Below, one piece after another: positions 24,870-37,049 of a stretch of 64,000 nt of DNA; positions within the stretch are counted from its first letter, which is position 1; each line of letters opens with the position of its first letter. Below the pieces are notes generated by a model. The model saw only the letters and a program-made list of their open reading frames with translations. It did no database searches and was not told the DNA's origin. This DNA is from Octopus vulgaris. Taxonomy: Eukaryota. The DNA lies in NCBI GenBank assembly GCA_951406725.2, contig OX597816.1, forward strand, positions 65,844,001-65,908,000, read 5' to 3'. The translations under genes were made by a program, and so were the position numbers.

Positions 24870-27717
24870 ACATAGCTATAACATGGTTAGAATTGCATCT
24901 TAAAGATTAAGTTTCCTCTATAGGGCCAGAAAGTACTTTGCATAAACTCACTTGTTGATCTATTCAAGGCTCAAATAAACATCACATACTGTACTCACTT
25001 AAGACTGCTACTACTATATACACAAAATATAGGCGACCAATATCCAGAAGAGAGTAATCCAGTTGATTGACAAAGATTCACTCACCAACATGCTACAATT
25101 GTTAATTCATAATTATACTGTTTCTTCTCACTGGTTCTTTTATAGCTACTACAATAGTCTCTGCTCTGCTAAATTAGTTATCTACACCCAGGTTAATGTG
25201 AGACATCAGTCTCTTCTCTTAAATTCCATACTGAGCTCTTTACCTTATCAATTCTTCCATTGCCCACGTTTTTCTAGAGACATTAACCTATAGATTTTCA
25301 TCTCATTTTAACCACAGTAATTTCCTGTGTAGGAGGCCTTTCAAAGATGACAAAAACAATTGCTTATCTGTGTCAAACTTACAAAGAAAATTATTTTATT
25401 CAAGTAGAAATGCATGAAGACAATTTTTTAATATCTAAAATGGTTGAAAATTAATGATTGTTTCTTAAATAACATTAACTGCTATGAGACTCTTGAACTG
25501 GAATTAGTGTTGGGAAATTAGTTTGTTAATAAGAATTTTAACAAAAGGTTATACGTTAGTTTGTTTGTATAGGTTTGTTGATTTGTTTGTAAATAATGCA
25601 TAGATATGATGTGATTACTGACCTAATTAATTTTGCAGATTTTAATTCTTTTATATTATAATCAATAGATTTTTCAAAAGCTGATGTGAAGGATTTTATT
25701 TTAAAATTTCCTGATTAGTTTTGTATGCTTTGAATAATTTTGTCATACAATAATTAAAACCCACTAACATCTTTAAAATTATATATGCACATTACTTATG
25801 TCCCTATAAAGTAGTTTTTTATTCTTAAAATGAAGCAGTCATAATGAATATTTGTTTGACTTGAAAACAATTTTAGTTTAATGGTTTCTATAAGAATTTT
25901 TTATGGCAGTCATATCACCTAATAGTAACCTGTTGTCTTAAATGACAATTAACTTAGCCAAATGTCAGTTTTAGGCCTCCATGATTGGTTGCCTGAAATT
26001 GTTAGACTTAATTAGCTTTGCTAATTGTTTCAATCTTTACCTAGAAGTGTGAAATGTACATTGCAAATTATGGTGCTAAAATATCAATTTTCTGTAACTA
26101 ATTATTTGGAAATCTTGGGCCTCTTCAAATTTTAAAAAAGTTGATTAAATGACTTTACTAAACGAGAACACAATTTCCTAATTTTAATATAAACTTGTTC
26201 TTAGATAGCAGAATTGAACTTCTGATTCATCAACATCATTGGATGAAATATTTATATTTAAGTTATTTTTTCTGGCAGTAACTTCAGATATATATATAAG
26301 ATAAAATAAATACTAGAGTGTCATCATCAGTGTTGTTTTTAATGTTTGTTTTATTAAGGTGTTGGAAGTGGTTTTGCAGCATGGCATATTGCCACTCTTG
26401 ATTGTGAATCATTTGCTTATGAAGGCCAACATTCTGAAATCCAATCTTATCACTTCTTTCTTTTGGTCTTCATTTGCTACAAGTACCTTCCACTGTTAGC
26501 ACATCCATACTAATGAAGCTGGTTCTTTTGCATTCTTCCATCACTCTCTCAGATAGTATACAATTTATTTCTCTTCTGATTCCGCAAATCTTTATTAGAT
26601 TAGTCTCACACTATCATACAGCATTATGTCTCTTACTTAAGTTTCATATGGATTGCTGCCTATAACACTAGGAGAGAAACCTTTTGTTGTCAAAATAAGT
26701 GACTCTTAACTGCTTTCACTCCTTTCTTCCTATAGCTACTATAATTACACCCACCTCTTGCACACATCCAAAGAAAAGACACTATTTACTACATCTAGTG
26801 AAACATTTGAATATTTCAATATTTCAATAGTCTTCACTTCATTGGGACCCCTTTAATAACTAATCTTGTATATCTTGCGCAGTCATTGTTCACTACTGGT
26901 CCTACTGCATCTTGAATGTAGCTGTTGCTTGCTCTGAGTAATGATGTCGAGTTTTTACATATTCCCTTTCTCCGTATCATGAAAGGCCAATCCACAGTTG
27001 ATGCTGGCATTTTGTGTTCTCTTGTATAAATGAATATTTAGGTCTTTGTTATGTTAACTTTTCAGCCTTGGAACTGCTTCTGCAGCACTTTGAGTCTGCA
27101 GTGGAAACTGTCTCCTCAGCATATAAAGTTTCTAAGGACATCTGGTCCTAAAGAGACAATAAAGAAAATAAAAAGGAAACTGTCAGCTAAGCTTTGATGA
27201 ATATTCACTTGTACACTAATTTCACCACTTAAGCATTACCATTAATTACTATAATTTTGTAATAGAATTTACTATGGATCCTGAACACAGGTAGAAGTAC
27301 AACAATTGCCCTACTACTTCTACACAATAGATAGATAAAATTAATAACATTGCAGTTAAATTATAAAATTGGCATATGACAGCTTGAAAGCTATTTATGG
27401 TCCCGCACATGTTATATGATGTCTTTATTATTTAAAGCTTTCAATGTTTCCATAATAAGTATTCATTCATATCATGGAGAATATAAAGTTGATGGGTTAA
27501 TACATTTTGTTTCTCTCCAAGTTCTGTGAATCAGTAATTCATTGAGTTTTATTAAATTGACTCCTTTCCTGTAAAAATTTCTATAGAGATTCATAAAATA
27601 AAAATTCAGCATTATGGACATTATACTGCAAGTGCAGCGTTTGTGTGTGTGTGAGAGAGAGAGAGAGGGAGAGATTTGGTTGACTAAAGTTTATGAGTAA
27701 GTACTAATAGTTACATA

Positions 27718-27951
27718 GGTACAGGTGTGGCTGTGTGGTAAGAAGCTTGCTTACCAACTACATGGTTCCGGGTTCAGTCCCGTTGCATGGCACCATGGGC
27801 AAGTGTCTTCTACTATAGCCTCGGGCCGACTAAAGCCTTGTGAGTGGATTTGGTAGGCAGAAACTGAAAGAAGCCCATCGTATATATATATATATATAAC
27901 GGGAAGCTTTATGAAAATAGACAGAAGACGAAGGCAGGTGGAAAACAAACG

Positions 27952-27998
<47 letters not shown>

Positions 27999-28226
27999 GT
28001 GTGTGTATATGTTTGTGTGCCTGTGTTTGTCCCCCCAACATCGCTTGATAACTGATGCTGGTGTGTTTACGTCCCTGTAACTTAGTGGTTTGGCAAAAGA
28101 GACCGATAGAATAAGTACAAGGCTTACAAACAATAAGTCCTGGGGTCGATTTCTTTGACTAAAGGCAGTGCTCCAGCATGGCTGCAGTCAAATGACTGAA
28201 ACAAGTAAAAGAGAGAGTAAAAGAGT
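27718..28226 (+). mobile_element. SINE family A with a 57-nt foreign fragment (27898-27954) in its TA tract
   Basis: Full head and tail; the internal (TA)n is split by aacgggaagctttatgaaaatag...aaacgaac. Confidence 0.85.
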
Positions 28227-28796
28227 ATGATATTCATAAAAGAAATTTATAAAGAGAAGATATGTGGTTTAATAATCTGAAAATCTTTCACTCTCACCTG
28301 TTAATAATAACTGACATTAAAAAATTCTTATATTTGAGTGCACACTGTAATTTGAGCTCTTTGTCACCATAACACTATACTATCCTGCATACATGTGGAC
28401 TGATATTAAAACATTTACAGAACTTTTAGAATTTTAGAACAGTACATAAGTGATTGCAGATGTATATTATTCTAACTCAGTAGTTAATGTTATATTATTA
28501 GAAGCCTATTATTTGGTTTTGATTTTTTTCAGTCACATCACTTTTGTTATCAGTACCAGTGTCTTTGGGAAATATATCAGCACTGTGATTTGTCACTCCT
28601 TTTCTCAAAGGCATGAGTGTGTATAGGTTAGGGTTAGTTTGTGTAGTTAAGAAGCTCACTTTGCAACCATGTGGTTTCAGGTTCAGTTCCACTGCTCAGC
28701 ACCTTGGGCAAGTGTCTTCTGTTATAGCCCTAGTTTGACCAACACCTTGTGAGTGAATTTGGTAGACAGAAACTGTATGGAATCTTATTATATATA

Positions 28797-29374
28797 CACA
28801 GACATACAGGAAGTAAATAGACACCTTTTATTTTCAAAATCTTTTATTTGATATTAATTGGTTGAAGGAGAGGTTTTCTTCTAGCTGCTCGTCCATAATA
28901 CCCAAGCTTATGCAGGTATGTAACACACGTTCTTGAACTAACTTCTAGCCATTTTGCAATGTCAGAAGCCTTCAAATGGGTTTCGTTTACCACAATTCTC
29001 TTCAAACAGCAAATCTTCCTTTCTGAGGGCCCAGGTCAGCTGGGACGAGAATCTGTTGATTCTTTTCCTTAGCTTTTGAATTACATTATAATTCTATTAA
29101 CAGTAGCAAGAGGAATTTGAAGATTTTCGGCAATTTTTCGCTGACTAAGACCAGCCTCAGATTGCCCAACAATATGACCTCTTTGAAAATCTGACAGTTC
29201 TGCTGAATTTTTTGTGCGTAGCATTGTTACTCTTCACAAATGTTTAATATAATGGCACCCAGAATGAAAAAGAATAATCACATTGTAAATTCTACACCAC
29301 TGAAAACATATTAAGATGCTTAGATCAGAAATTTTGAAAATTAATGGTGTCTATTTACTTCCTGCATGTCTGTG
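28797..29374 (-). mobile_element. Internally deleted Tc1-like DNA transposon nested in the TA tract of a SINE
   Basis: 29-bp TIRs CACAGACAT(A/G)CAGGAAGTAAATAGACACC flanked by TA. The minus strand from 29224 reads [46 protein letters not shown]...LHKLGYYGRAARRKPLL (Tc1 HTH region, with stops). No DDE domain. Confidence 0.85.
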
Positions 29375-31298
29375 TATATATAATATCTATCTGTGTGTGT
29401 GTGTGTCTTTGTGAATATGTTTGTCCTCAACCTATCACATGACAACCAGTGTTGGTTTTGTTTGTGTCCCAATAACTTAGTGGTTTGCCAAACGAGACTA
29501 ATAGAATAAGTACTACATTTAAAAATGATAAATAGAGGGATTGATCTGATCAACTGAATCCTTCAGGGTGGTGCACCAGCCTGGCCACAGTCCAATGATT
29601 GAAACAAGTAAAAGATAAAAGAGGCTTCAGAAATAATTATTGCTATTTAGGTAAAGAACTGATATCTAATTGTGTAGGTTTTTATTCATATTTTTAAAAT
29701 GTTTTAGTTATTTTAACTGTTTTAATGATGACAGTTATGAGCAAAAGGAAAACAATAGAGATGGAATGATAATGTCGGGAAGGTCACACAAAATTATATC
29801 TACATCATCATGCTCAAAATATCTGTTTGGAGATATGTGCTCATAATCTTTACATTGTGGTCTTTTAATGAAATACCAAATCATAAAAATTGATAAATTT
29901 CCATTGACATTTGAAAGATCTCTCAGCATATTTTAACATTCATTCTTCTCATTTTACTCAACCATTGATAATTGTCTTTTATTTGTTCCATGGCCGTTTT
30001 AGTTGGGTTTTTTTTTTTTTTTTTTTTTTTTGTTTTCTTTCTGAATTCTGGTGATTTCTGCAGCACAGGTTACTATCTGCACTAACCTATAATTTTCTCT
30101 CATGAATTTTTTCCCCCAATTATGGGTTTGAGCATGACTTACATATAGTTCTACTATTTATTTTTCTCTCAAGCATTATTAATACTTTTAATTCTTTGTT
30201 ACTGAGATTTTATTAATGCATTTAGTAAACCACATATCTCTGTATCTTTACAAATATTCCAACTATTTTGTAAAGTATAGAATAATCTTGTTAATAATAG
30301 TCTAGACTCCTAACAGTGATTACTTGTTCCAAATCTTAAATATTAATTTAACATATTGTTCAAGGAAGAAATACATAAGTTTATGATCAACATGATACTA
30401 GGAAATGTGGATGACCCCCCCCCCCCCACTTCCTTTTCAATACAACATGTAATATTTTATACAGATAGAAAGGAGGGACTTAATATTGTTAGTGAGTTTC
30501 AAATGGCATATAAAACAGATAGTACAAGTATAGCACGTGTGTATGACCCTTTGACATTCAGTAGTTCCATATGAGCTTCTTAGTATACAATGTGAAAGCA
30601 ATAGAAAGCTGCTGATATATGTATAGAGGTTGCATTTGGAAGTCGGTAAAATACCAAGAATGTTTAAAGAATCAATAGCTTAGTCAAGAATAAGCATGGA
30701 AAAGAAAATCAGCTGATGTAAGTTCTTCAAAATAGCACATGATTTTCTCTTTAAACTCATAGAGTTGCCTGGAAGCATTTAAAGTGCCAAGAAAAATTAC
30801 TTGAGAAAGAGGAGAGTTTGGGTTAATATTCTTTATGCAGGATGAGAGATTATTATTTTTTCTTCATTATCATGACCAAACACTCTTTATAAATATAATG
30901 TATTGTTATTTATACAGATTTATTTTCTTAAATTAAATGTTCAAGTTTTCCAGATTATAACGTTTAGCTCACTATTTTAGTACTTGCACTTTATCACTAG
31001 AAGATAAAATACCTAACTTTCACTTAATGATTCCAGTTAACACCATTGGCTTTTGGTAGTACTGATTTTTATATTGATTTAGACTTCAAGATTATATTCT
31101 TTGCAATATTCCTTGCAATCTATTAGTTTTATTTGTTGTCTAGGAAAGTGCCCTAGATAATAAAATGATCACACCTTGGACAAATGTCTTCTACAATACC
31201 CTTAGGCCAACCAATGGTTTATGAGTGTATTTGTTAGACAGAAATTGTATAGAAGCCCATTGCATGTGTGTGTGTGTATGTATATATATACATATATA

Positions 31299-31465
31299 TT
31301 GATAAAAATGGTAAGAATGAAAGTGACCTCGATATTATGTAAATAGAGGAATTTATCTGTAAATGTAATATGTAATAATTATTCGGTAGCCATGATAAAA
31401 CTCTGAGTTTCGGATGCCAAGGTGGAAATCCACGCCGCCATCTCTTCAGTTATCCAGCCATCGGA
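31299..31465 (-). mobile_element. Short hammerhead-bearing element inserted in (TA)n
   Basis: Same sequence family as 8538-8820; bounded by TA repeats. Confidence 0.75.
31394..31454 (-). ncRNA. Type I minimal hammerhead ribozyme motif (intact core) in a (TA)n-inserted element
   Basis: Minus strand reads GATAA CTGAAGA GATGGCGGCGTGGATTTCCACCTTGGCATC C GAAA CTCAGAG TT TTATC: stem I GATAA/TTATC, CUGANGA core, stem II, GAAA, stem III, UH cleavage site. Confidence 0.75.
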
Positions 31466-31731
31466 TATATATATAATGGACTCTCCTGTCTGAGTGCTCA
31501 GCTTGCCTAACGACCTGCACAAATGATTTGTTTATAGTGATCAAGTGTTTATGCTACACATTAGCTCATTCTCTCCATCAAACCACGCGTCAGGTATTGA
31601 AGTGATCGCAGAGGTGAAGTGTTTTGCTCAAGAACACAATGCACCACCCAGTCTAGGAATTGAAACTATAATCTCACAATCGTGAGTACGAAACTCTAAC
31701 CGCTAGGCCATACACCCTCACAGACATGTAT

Positions 31732-32312
31732 ATCATCACCATCATCATTCAATGTCCACTTTCCATGCTGGCATGGATTCAACAGTTTGACTGAGGACTG
31801 GCGAGCCAGATGGCTGCACCAGGCTCCAGTCTGATCTGGCAGAGTTTCTACAGTTGGATGCCCTTCGTAACGCTAACCACTCCGAGAGTGTAGTGGGTGT
31901 ACTTTTATGTGCCACTGGCACGAGGGCCAGTCAGGCAGTATTGGCAACGACCACGCTCAAATGGTGTTTTTATGTGCCACCTGCACAGGAGCCAGCCCAG
32001 CAGTACTGGCAATGACCTCGCTCGAATGTTGTCTTTCATGTGCCAGTAAGGCGATACTGGTAATGATCACACTCGAATGGTGCTTTTATGTGCCACCAGC
32101 ACAGGAGCCAATCAGCAGCCCTGGCAACGATCACACTTGGATGGTGCTCTTTGTGCTCCACTAGCACGGATGCCAGTTAAGTGGTGCTGTCATCGAATTT
32201 GATTTTGATTTCACTTGCTTCAACAGGTCTTTGCAAGCAGAGTTTAGTGTCCAATGAAGGAAAGGTATGCATAAGTGGTCTCACTTGGCTTGCTGGGTCT
32301 TCTCAATTACAG
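31732..32312 (-). mobile_element. Family C copy
   Basis: (CAT)n tail, conserved terminus and tandem units; colinear with 37050-37760. Confidence 0.8.
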
Positions 32313-33586
32313 CATATATATATATCACTGTGACTGACCAGGCTATCAGATGTTGCTACACTTGCTGGTCACAATGTGCTTCGCATTGTTTTAGCCTTCA
32401 AATGACGCCACCCCACTGGCTAAGTGAGCAGGCCAATATATATATATATATATGTGTGTTTGTCCTTCACCACCAATTGACAACTGCTGTTGCTTTGTTT
32501 ATGTCCCCTCTAACTTAGCAGTTCTGGAAAAGAGACAGATACAATAAGTACTAAACTTCAAAATAAAAAATACACTAAGTACTGGAGTCAGTTTGACTAA
32601 ACTCTTCAGGGTGGTGCCCCAGCATGACCACAGTCCAGCAACTGTATCAGTTAAAGTAAGAGAAAAGATTAAATATTCCTCAAAATTTCTGTCTCTGTTA
32701 ATATTATTAAAGTCTTTCTGTTTTTGGTTTAGTGTGGAATCTCTACCAGATTATCAGTTCTTTCAGGTATTCACTTTACTCAGATTTTCTTTCTAAGAAT
32801 TCCATAAAAGAAATATAAGTTTTCATCTCTTTCATCAAATGACCATTAATAGCTTAAAGGGGGAAAAAAATCAATGGACTTTATCTCTGATTATTTTACT
32901 TTCTTAGTCACCAGCTTATTTTCCCTTTGAAGTCATCATATAAACATTCAATAGTAATACATAGGCTATTATAGTTTCTTTACAAAAATACTTAATAAGA
33001 AATGAAACACCTTTGAGAACACTTAAAACATTATCTCCACAACTAAGCTAATAGATAAACAGATACATGACTGAAAAGATATTCAGATGGTACATATTTG
33101 ATCAACTAAAAGAAAATGTCAACAATTATATCGAATATACTGTTTCACTTATTTGAACTAAATGCAGTAACTATTGATTGACATAGATCTTTGTGCCCTG
33201 TAAATCTATGGTTTACCATGTGCACTATGTCTATGACCCAGACATCATTTCTTTTGTGATTGATAATATACATAACAGAGCCTAACAGCTTATTTCTTTT
33301 GAAAATGAAAATGAAATACAAGGCTATTTCACAATAAATTTAATTTTTGGCATATTTGCTCTAATATTTTACATTTACAAATTTTATAAATATTTTAAGA
33401 ACAAACATTCTGAATATCATCATTTCATGTTTGATTTTTCCCTGAGTCAGTCTCCTTATACAGAGTTGTAGCCCTCTTGTATAGGTTATGGAACACATCT
33501 TACTCATATATTCCATTTTTCACATGATTTTTATGGATGCCCTTTTTGTTGCCGACTACTTTTAAGAGTGTAGTAGGTACATTTAG

Positions 33587-33925
33587 GTGAAGGTGCATGG
33601 TTCAGTGGTTAGAGCATCGAGCTTACAATCGCGAGGTTGTGAGCTCGAATCCCAGACTGGGCTGCGTGTTGCATTCTTGAGCAAGACACTTTATTTCACG
33701 TTGCTCCAGTTCACTCAGCTGTAGAAATGAGTTGCGACATCACAGGTGCCAAGCTGTATCAGCCTTTGCCTTTCCCTTGGATAACACTGGTGGCGTGGAG
33801 AGGGGAGGCCGGTATGCATAGGCGACTGCTGGTCTTCCATAAACATCCTTGCCTGGACTTGTGCCTGGGAGGGTAACTTTCTAGGTGCAATCCCATGGTC
33901 TGTGTCATGACCGAAGGGGGTCTCA
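33587..33925 (+). mobile_element. tRNA-derived SINE family E (CORE-like central region)
   Basis: tggttcagtggttagagc...tcgaatccc head followed by cttgagcaagacacttta. Confidence 0.85.
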
Positions 33926-34200
33926 GATGCATTTTATCATGGCACAAGAATTAGATAGGTTATCTTGTCTTCACAAAGCTACAAAGTCCTTTCTATACTA
34001 TATTTATCTGTCAACCACTTTACAGTGTACTGAGTGCATTTTATTGTATCACTAGCAATAGGAATGTGGCCTTGTCTCCAGCAAGACTAAACAGTCTTAC
34101 ATTATTTCTGTATGTTCATCAATATCTTTACAGAGTGTACTTTGTGAAGTTATTGTGCCATCAGTACTAGAGAGATTGTTTTGACCTAGCCAAGACTAAC

Positions 34201-34385
34201 AATGCTTAGCCGTATTTCGTCTGCTGTTACATTCTGAGTTCAAATTCCGCCGAGGTCAACTTTGCCTTTCATCCCTTCGGAGTCAATAAATTAAGCACCA
34301 GTTACACACTGGGGTCGATGTAATCGACTTAATCCCTTTGTCTATCCTTGTTTGTCCCTTTTATGTTTAACCCCTTGTGGGCAAT
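34201..34385 (+). mobile_element. SINE family B (5'-truncated)
   Basis: B box plus gcctttcatcccttcggagtcaataaattaag core. Confidence 0.8.
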
Positions 34386-34779
34386 ACTCTTTTACTCTTT
34401 TACTCTTTTACTTGTTTCAGTCATTTGACTGTGGCCATGCTGGAGCACCACCTTTAATCGAGCAACTCGACCCTGGGACTTATTCTTTTGTAAGCCCAGT
34501 ACTTATTCTATCGGTCTCTTTTGCCGAACCACTAAGTAATGGCGACATAAACACACCAGCATCGGTTGTCAAGCAATGCTAGGGGAACAGACACACAAAC
34601 ACACACACACGCATATATATATATGATGGGCTTCTTTCAGTTTCCATCTACCAAATCCACTCACAAGGCTTTGGTCGGCCCGAGGCTATAGTAGAAGACA
34701 CTTGCCCAAGGTGCCACGCAGTGGGACTGAACCCGGAACCATGTGGTTGGTAAACAAGCTACTTACCACACAGCCACTC
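34385..34779 (-). mobile_element. SINE family A
   Basis: Full-length copy with (ACTCTTTT)n tail. Confidence 0.85.
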
Positions 34780-34804
34780 AGAAATAAGACTAACAAATCC
34801 TTTA

Positions 34805-35452
34805 GAAAAGTTAGGCACAGGAAGAATTCAATGCAGTGTACAAGCGAGAAGACTGCACTGGTTTGGTCATGTGATGCAGATGGATGTAGACAGCTGCATA
34901 AAGAAGTGCTGATCACTTAAAGTGGATGGAACTGGTGGAAGAGGGAAACTCAGGGAGACATGGGACAAAGACTGAAGGCTGATCTCAGGACTCTGAGCCT
35001 TATGGAGATGACAAAGGACCAAGCTATCTAGCACTTTGTTGCAGTCAAAAAGGCCTGCCCACCACAGCAGAACTGTTAATGATACCCGCCTAGCTGAAGG
35101 GGTTTTTGCCAGCAAAAGTCCTGTGCTGGTACTATATAAAAAGCATTCATGCCAGTGCTGTGTAGAAAGCACGTATGCCAACACCATGTACAAAGCACCT
35201 GGCAGGGGCCACGTAAAATCAACCTGTGCCAGGTCACATAAAAAGTACCTGTGCTGGCGTCATGTAAAAAGCACCTCTGTTGGTACCACATAAAAAGCAC
35301 CAAGCACATTCTGTAAGGTTGCTGGTGTTAGGAAACCAGCTGTAGAAACCAAGCCGAATCAGACCGGAACCTGGTGCAGCTCTCCAGCTTGCCAGCTCTT
35401 GCTAAACCGTCCAACCCATGCCAGCATGGAAAACAGACACTGAATGATGCTG
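34805..35452 (+). mobile_element. RTE-like LINE 3' end (family C)
   Basis: EKTALVWS/RLHWFGHVM-type ORF tail, tandem GGCAC units, family C 3' terminus ending gatgctgat. Confidence 0.75.
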
Positions 35453-35896
35453 ATAAAAGGATAAAAGTATAAACAGGCAAAATAACTGGTATCAGGTTAA
35501 ATTATGACATTTATGTCTTTAAATATGATGTTATACGAGTATAGATCATGAGAAGGAAGGAAGTAAATATACTCGTGTAACATCATGTTTAAAGATATAA
35601 ATGTCATCATCTAACCTGATACTAATTGCTTTGTTTGTTTATACTTTTATCATTTTATGCTTGTACACACTCAATTGATAAACTGCTTGTAGCCAGTCAC
35701 CATTATGCAACTATAACATCCTTGCTTTTAGTTATGAAAATATTTTAGTTATGAAAATATTACTCAGATGTGATGTTTCTTAATTATATATCATCATCAT
35801 CATCATCATCTGTTAACGTCCACTTTCCATGGGTTGGACAGTTTGACTGAGGACTGGCAAGCCAGGAGGCTGCATCAGGCTCATATATATATATAT

Positions 35897-36109
35897 ATTC
35901 AAAATGTGACTGCGTGTGTACCGTTGGCGATTTTTTTTTCCTCCGTCTTCCCTTCTCTGGATCTTTCCTTTTCCTGTGTTTCTGACGAAGAGCTCTGCTC
36001 GAAACGTTAAACCCTCCTTCTTCCCTTCCTTCCTGAGCATCCAATAATACTATATTTGTTCCACATCCTCGCGTTGTTGTGTTTTCTCTTTGTGTTTTCA
36101 TGTTTGGAT

Positions 36110-36114
<5 letters not shown>
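35897..36114 (+). mobile_element. Short pyrimidine-rich element in (TA)n containing a hammerhead motif; probable Penelope-like terminal repeat
   Basis: Bounded by (TA)n at 35884-35897 and 36114-36156; hammerhead motif at 35978-36012. Confidence 0.65.
35978..36012 (+). ncRNA. Minimal (Penelope-type) hammerhead ribozyme motif
   Basis: GTTT CTGACGA A GAGC tct GCTC GAAA CGTT AAAC: stem I GUUU/AAAC, stem II GAGC/GCUC, loop-less palindromic stem III ACGU. Confidence 0.7.
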
Positions 36115-36173
<59 letters not shown>

Positions 36174-37049
36174 CGTGTGTATATAGTGTTAATATAAATT
36201 TAGAACTATTGAATAAGTTTTTTAATTTTTTATACTTTAAAAATTTTCACATAAGATTGCTAGTCAGTACATATAGCAATATAAAAACATTAATAATCTT
36301 AAAATGGATGATAAAGACTTGTTTGATAATACATTTCTTTAAATTATTTATCCAAAATCCTCTATGGATTTAAATTCGCCAATTCTGATAAGCTTAAAAT
36401 CATAAATAATAAGTTGCATTTTTTTTTTTTTTTTGCTTTTATTCATAATTCCAATCAAGTTCATAGTTGTGAAACTATAGGTAAAAAAAGTGATTGAGTT
36501 TTGTTCCAACTAAGTGGGTACACATTGTTCCAATGTGTGAAGACGGTGTCTGCTATATGGATATTACTTTGCATCTGAATTATAGTCAATCTTCCTGTAT
36601 AAAGTTGTTTCTGCCTACAGAGACTCTACTGGAAGTTAGAGACCTATGAAGACATTCATTCACAGATTTGTTAGTGACCAGCCCCTCAATGACTGTAGCT
36701 GACATCAGACAATCTGGACGTGCACAGCAGATTCACACTACCATTGAGACAACTGTTTATTGATTGTTCAAATGATTTGGACTAAATCATTCACATGAAT
36801 AAAGAACTGAAAGAAATGTCCTGAACTTGTCAGGGCTCACTTAGATCCCACCCTTGCTAAATGGTTTCATGTGGAATGAACATATGAATCCCAAGTCCAA
36901 CTGATTCTAATCTGATGTCAGGTTATATGAGATTTTGTTCGACTGGGGAACTGAATCTTCTATGTCTCCAGAATGCCATGCAGTGGGAGTAGTGTGATGA
37001 CATGGAGAGGTTTCTCAGTTCAGTTTCTTTGATCTTATTCATTGCATTA

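Noticed and set aside
33587-33662. tRNA genes (also near 5035-5110, 24565, 43290 and 48298)
   Set aside because: The tRNA-like A/B-box heads continue into shared SINE bodies and tails, several with TSDs, so they are SINEs.
36480-37030. More GC-balanced stretch that might be an exon
   Set aside because: No long open frame in the ORF track, no convincing splice pair and no RIM similarity; probably an old repeat.
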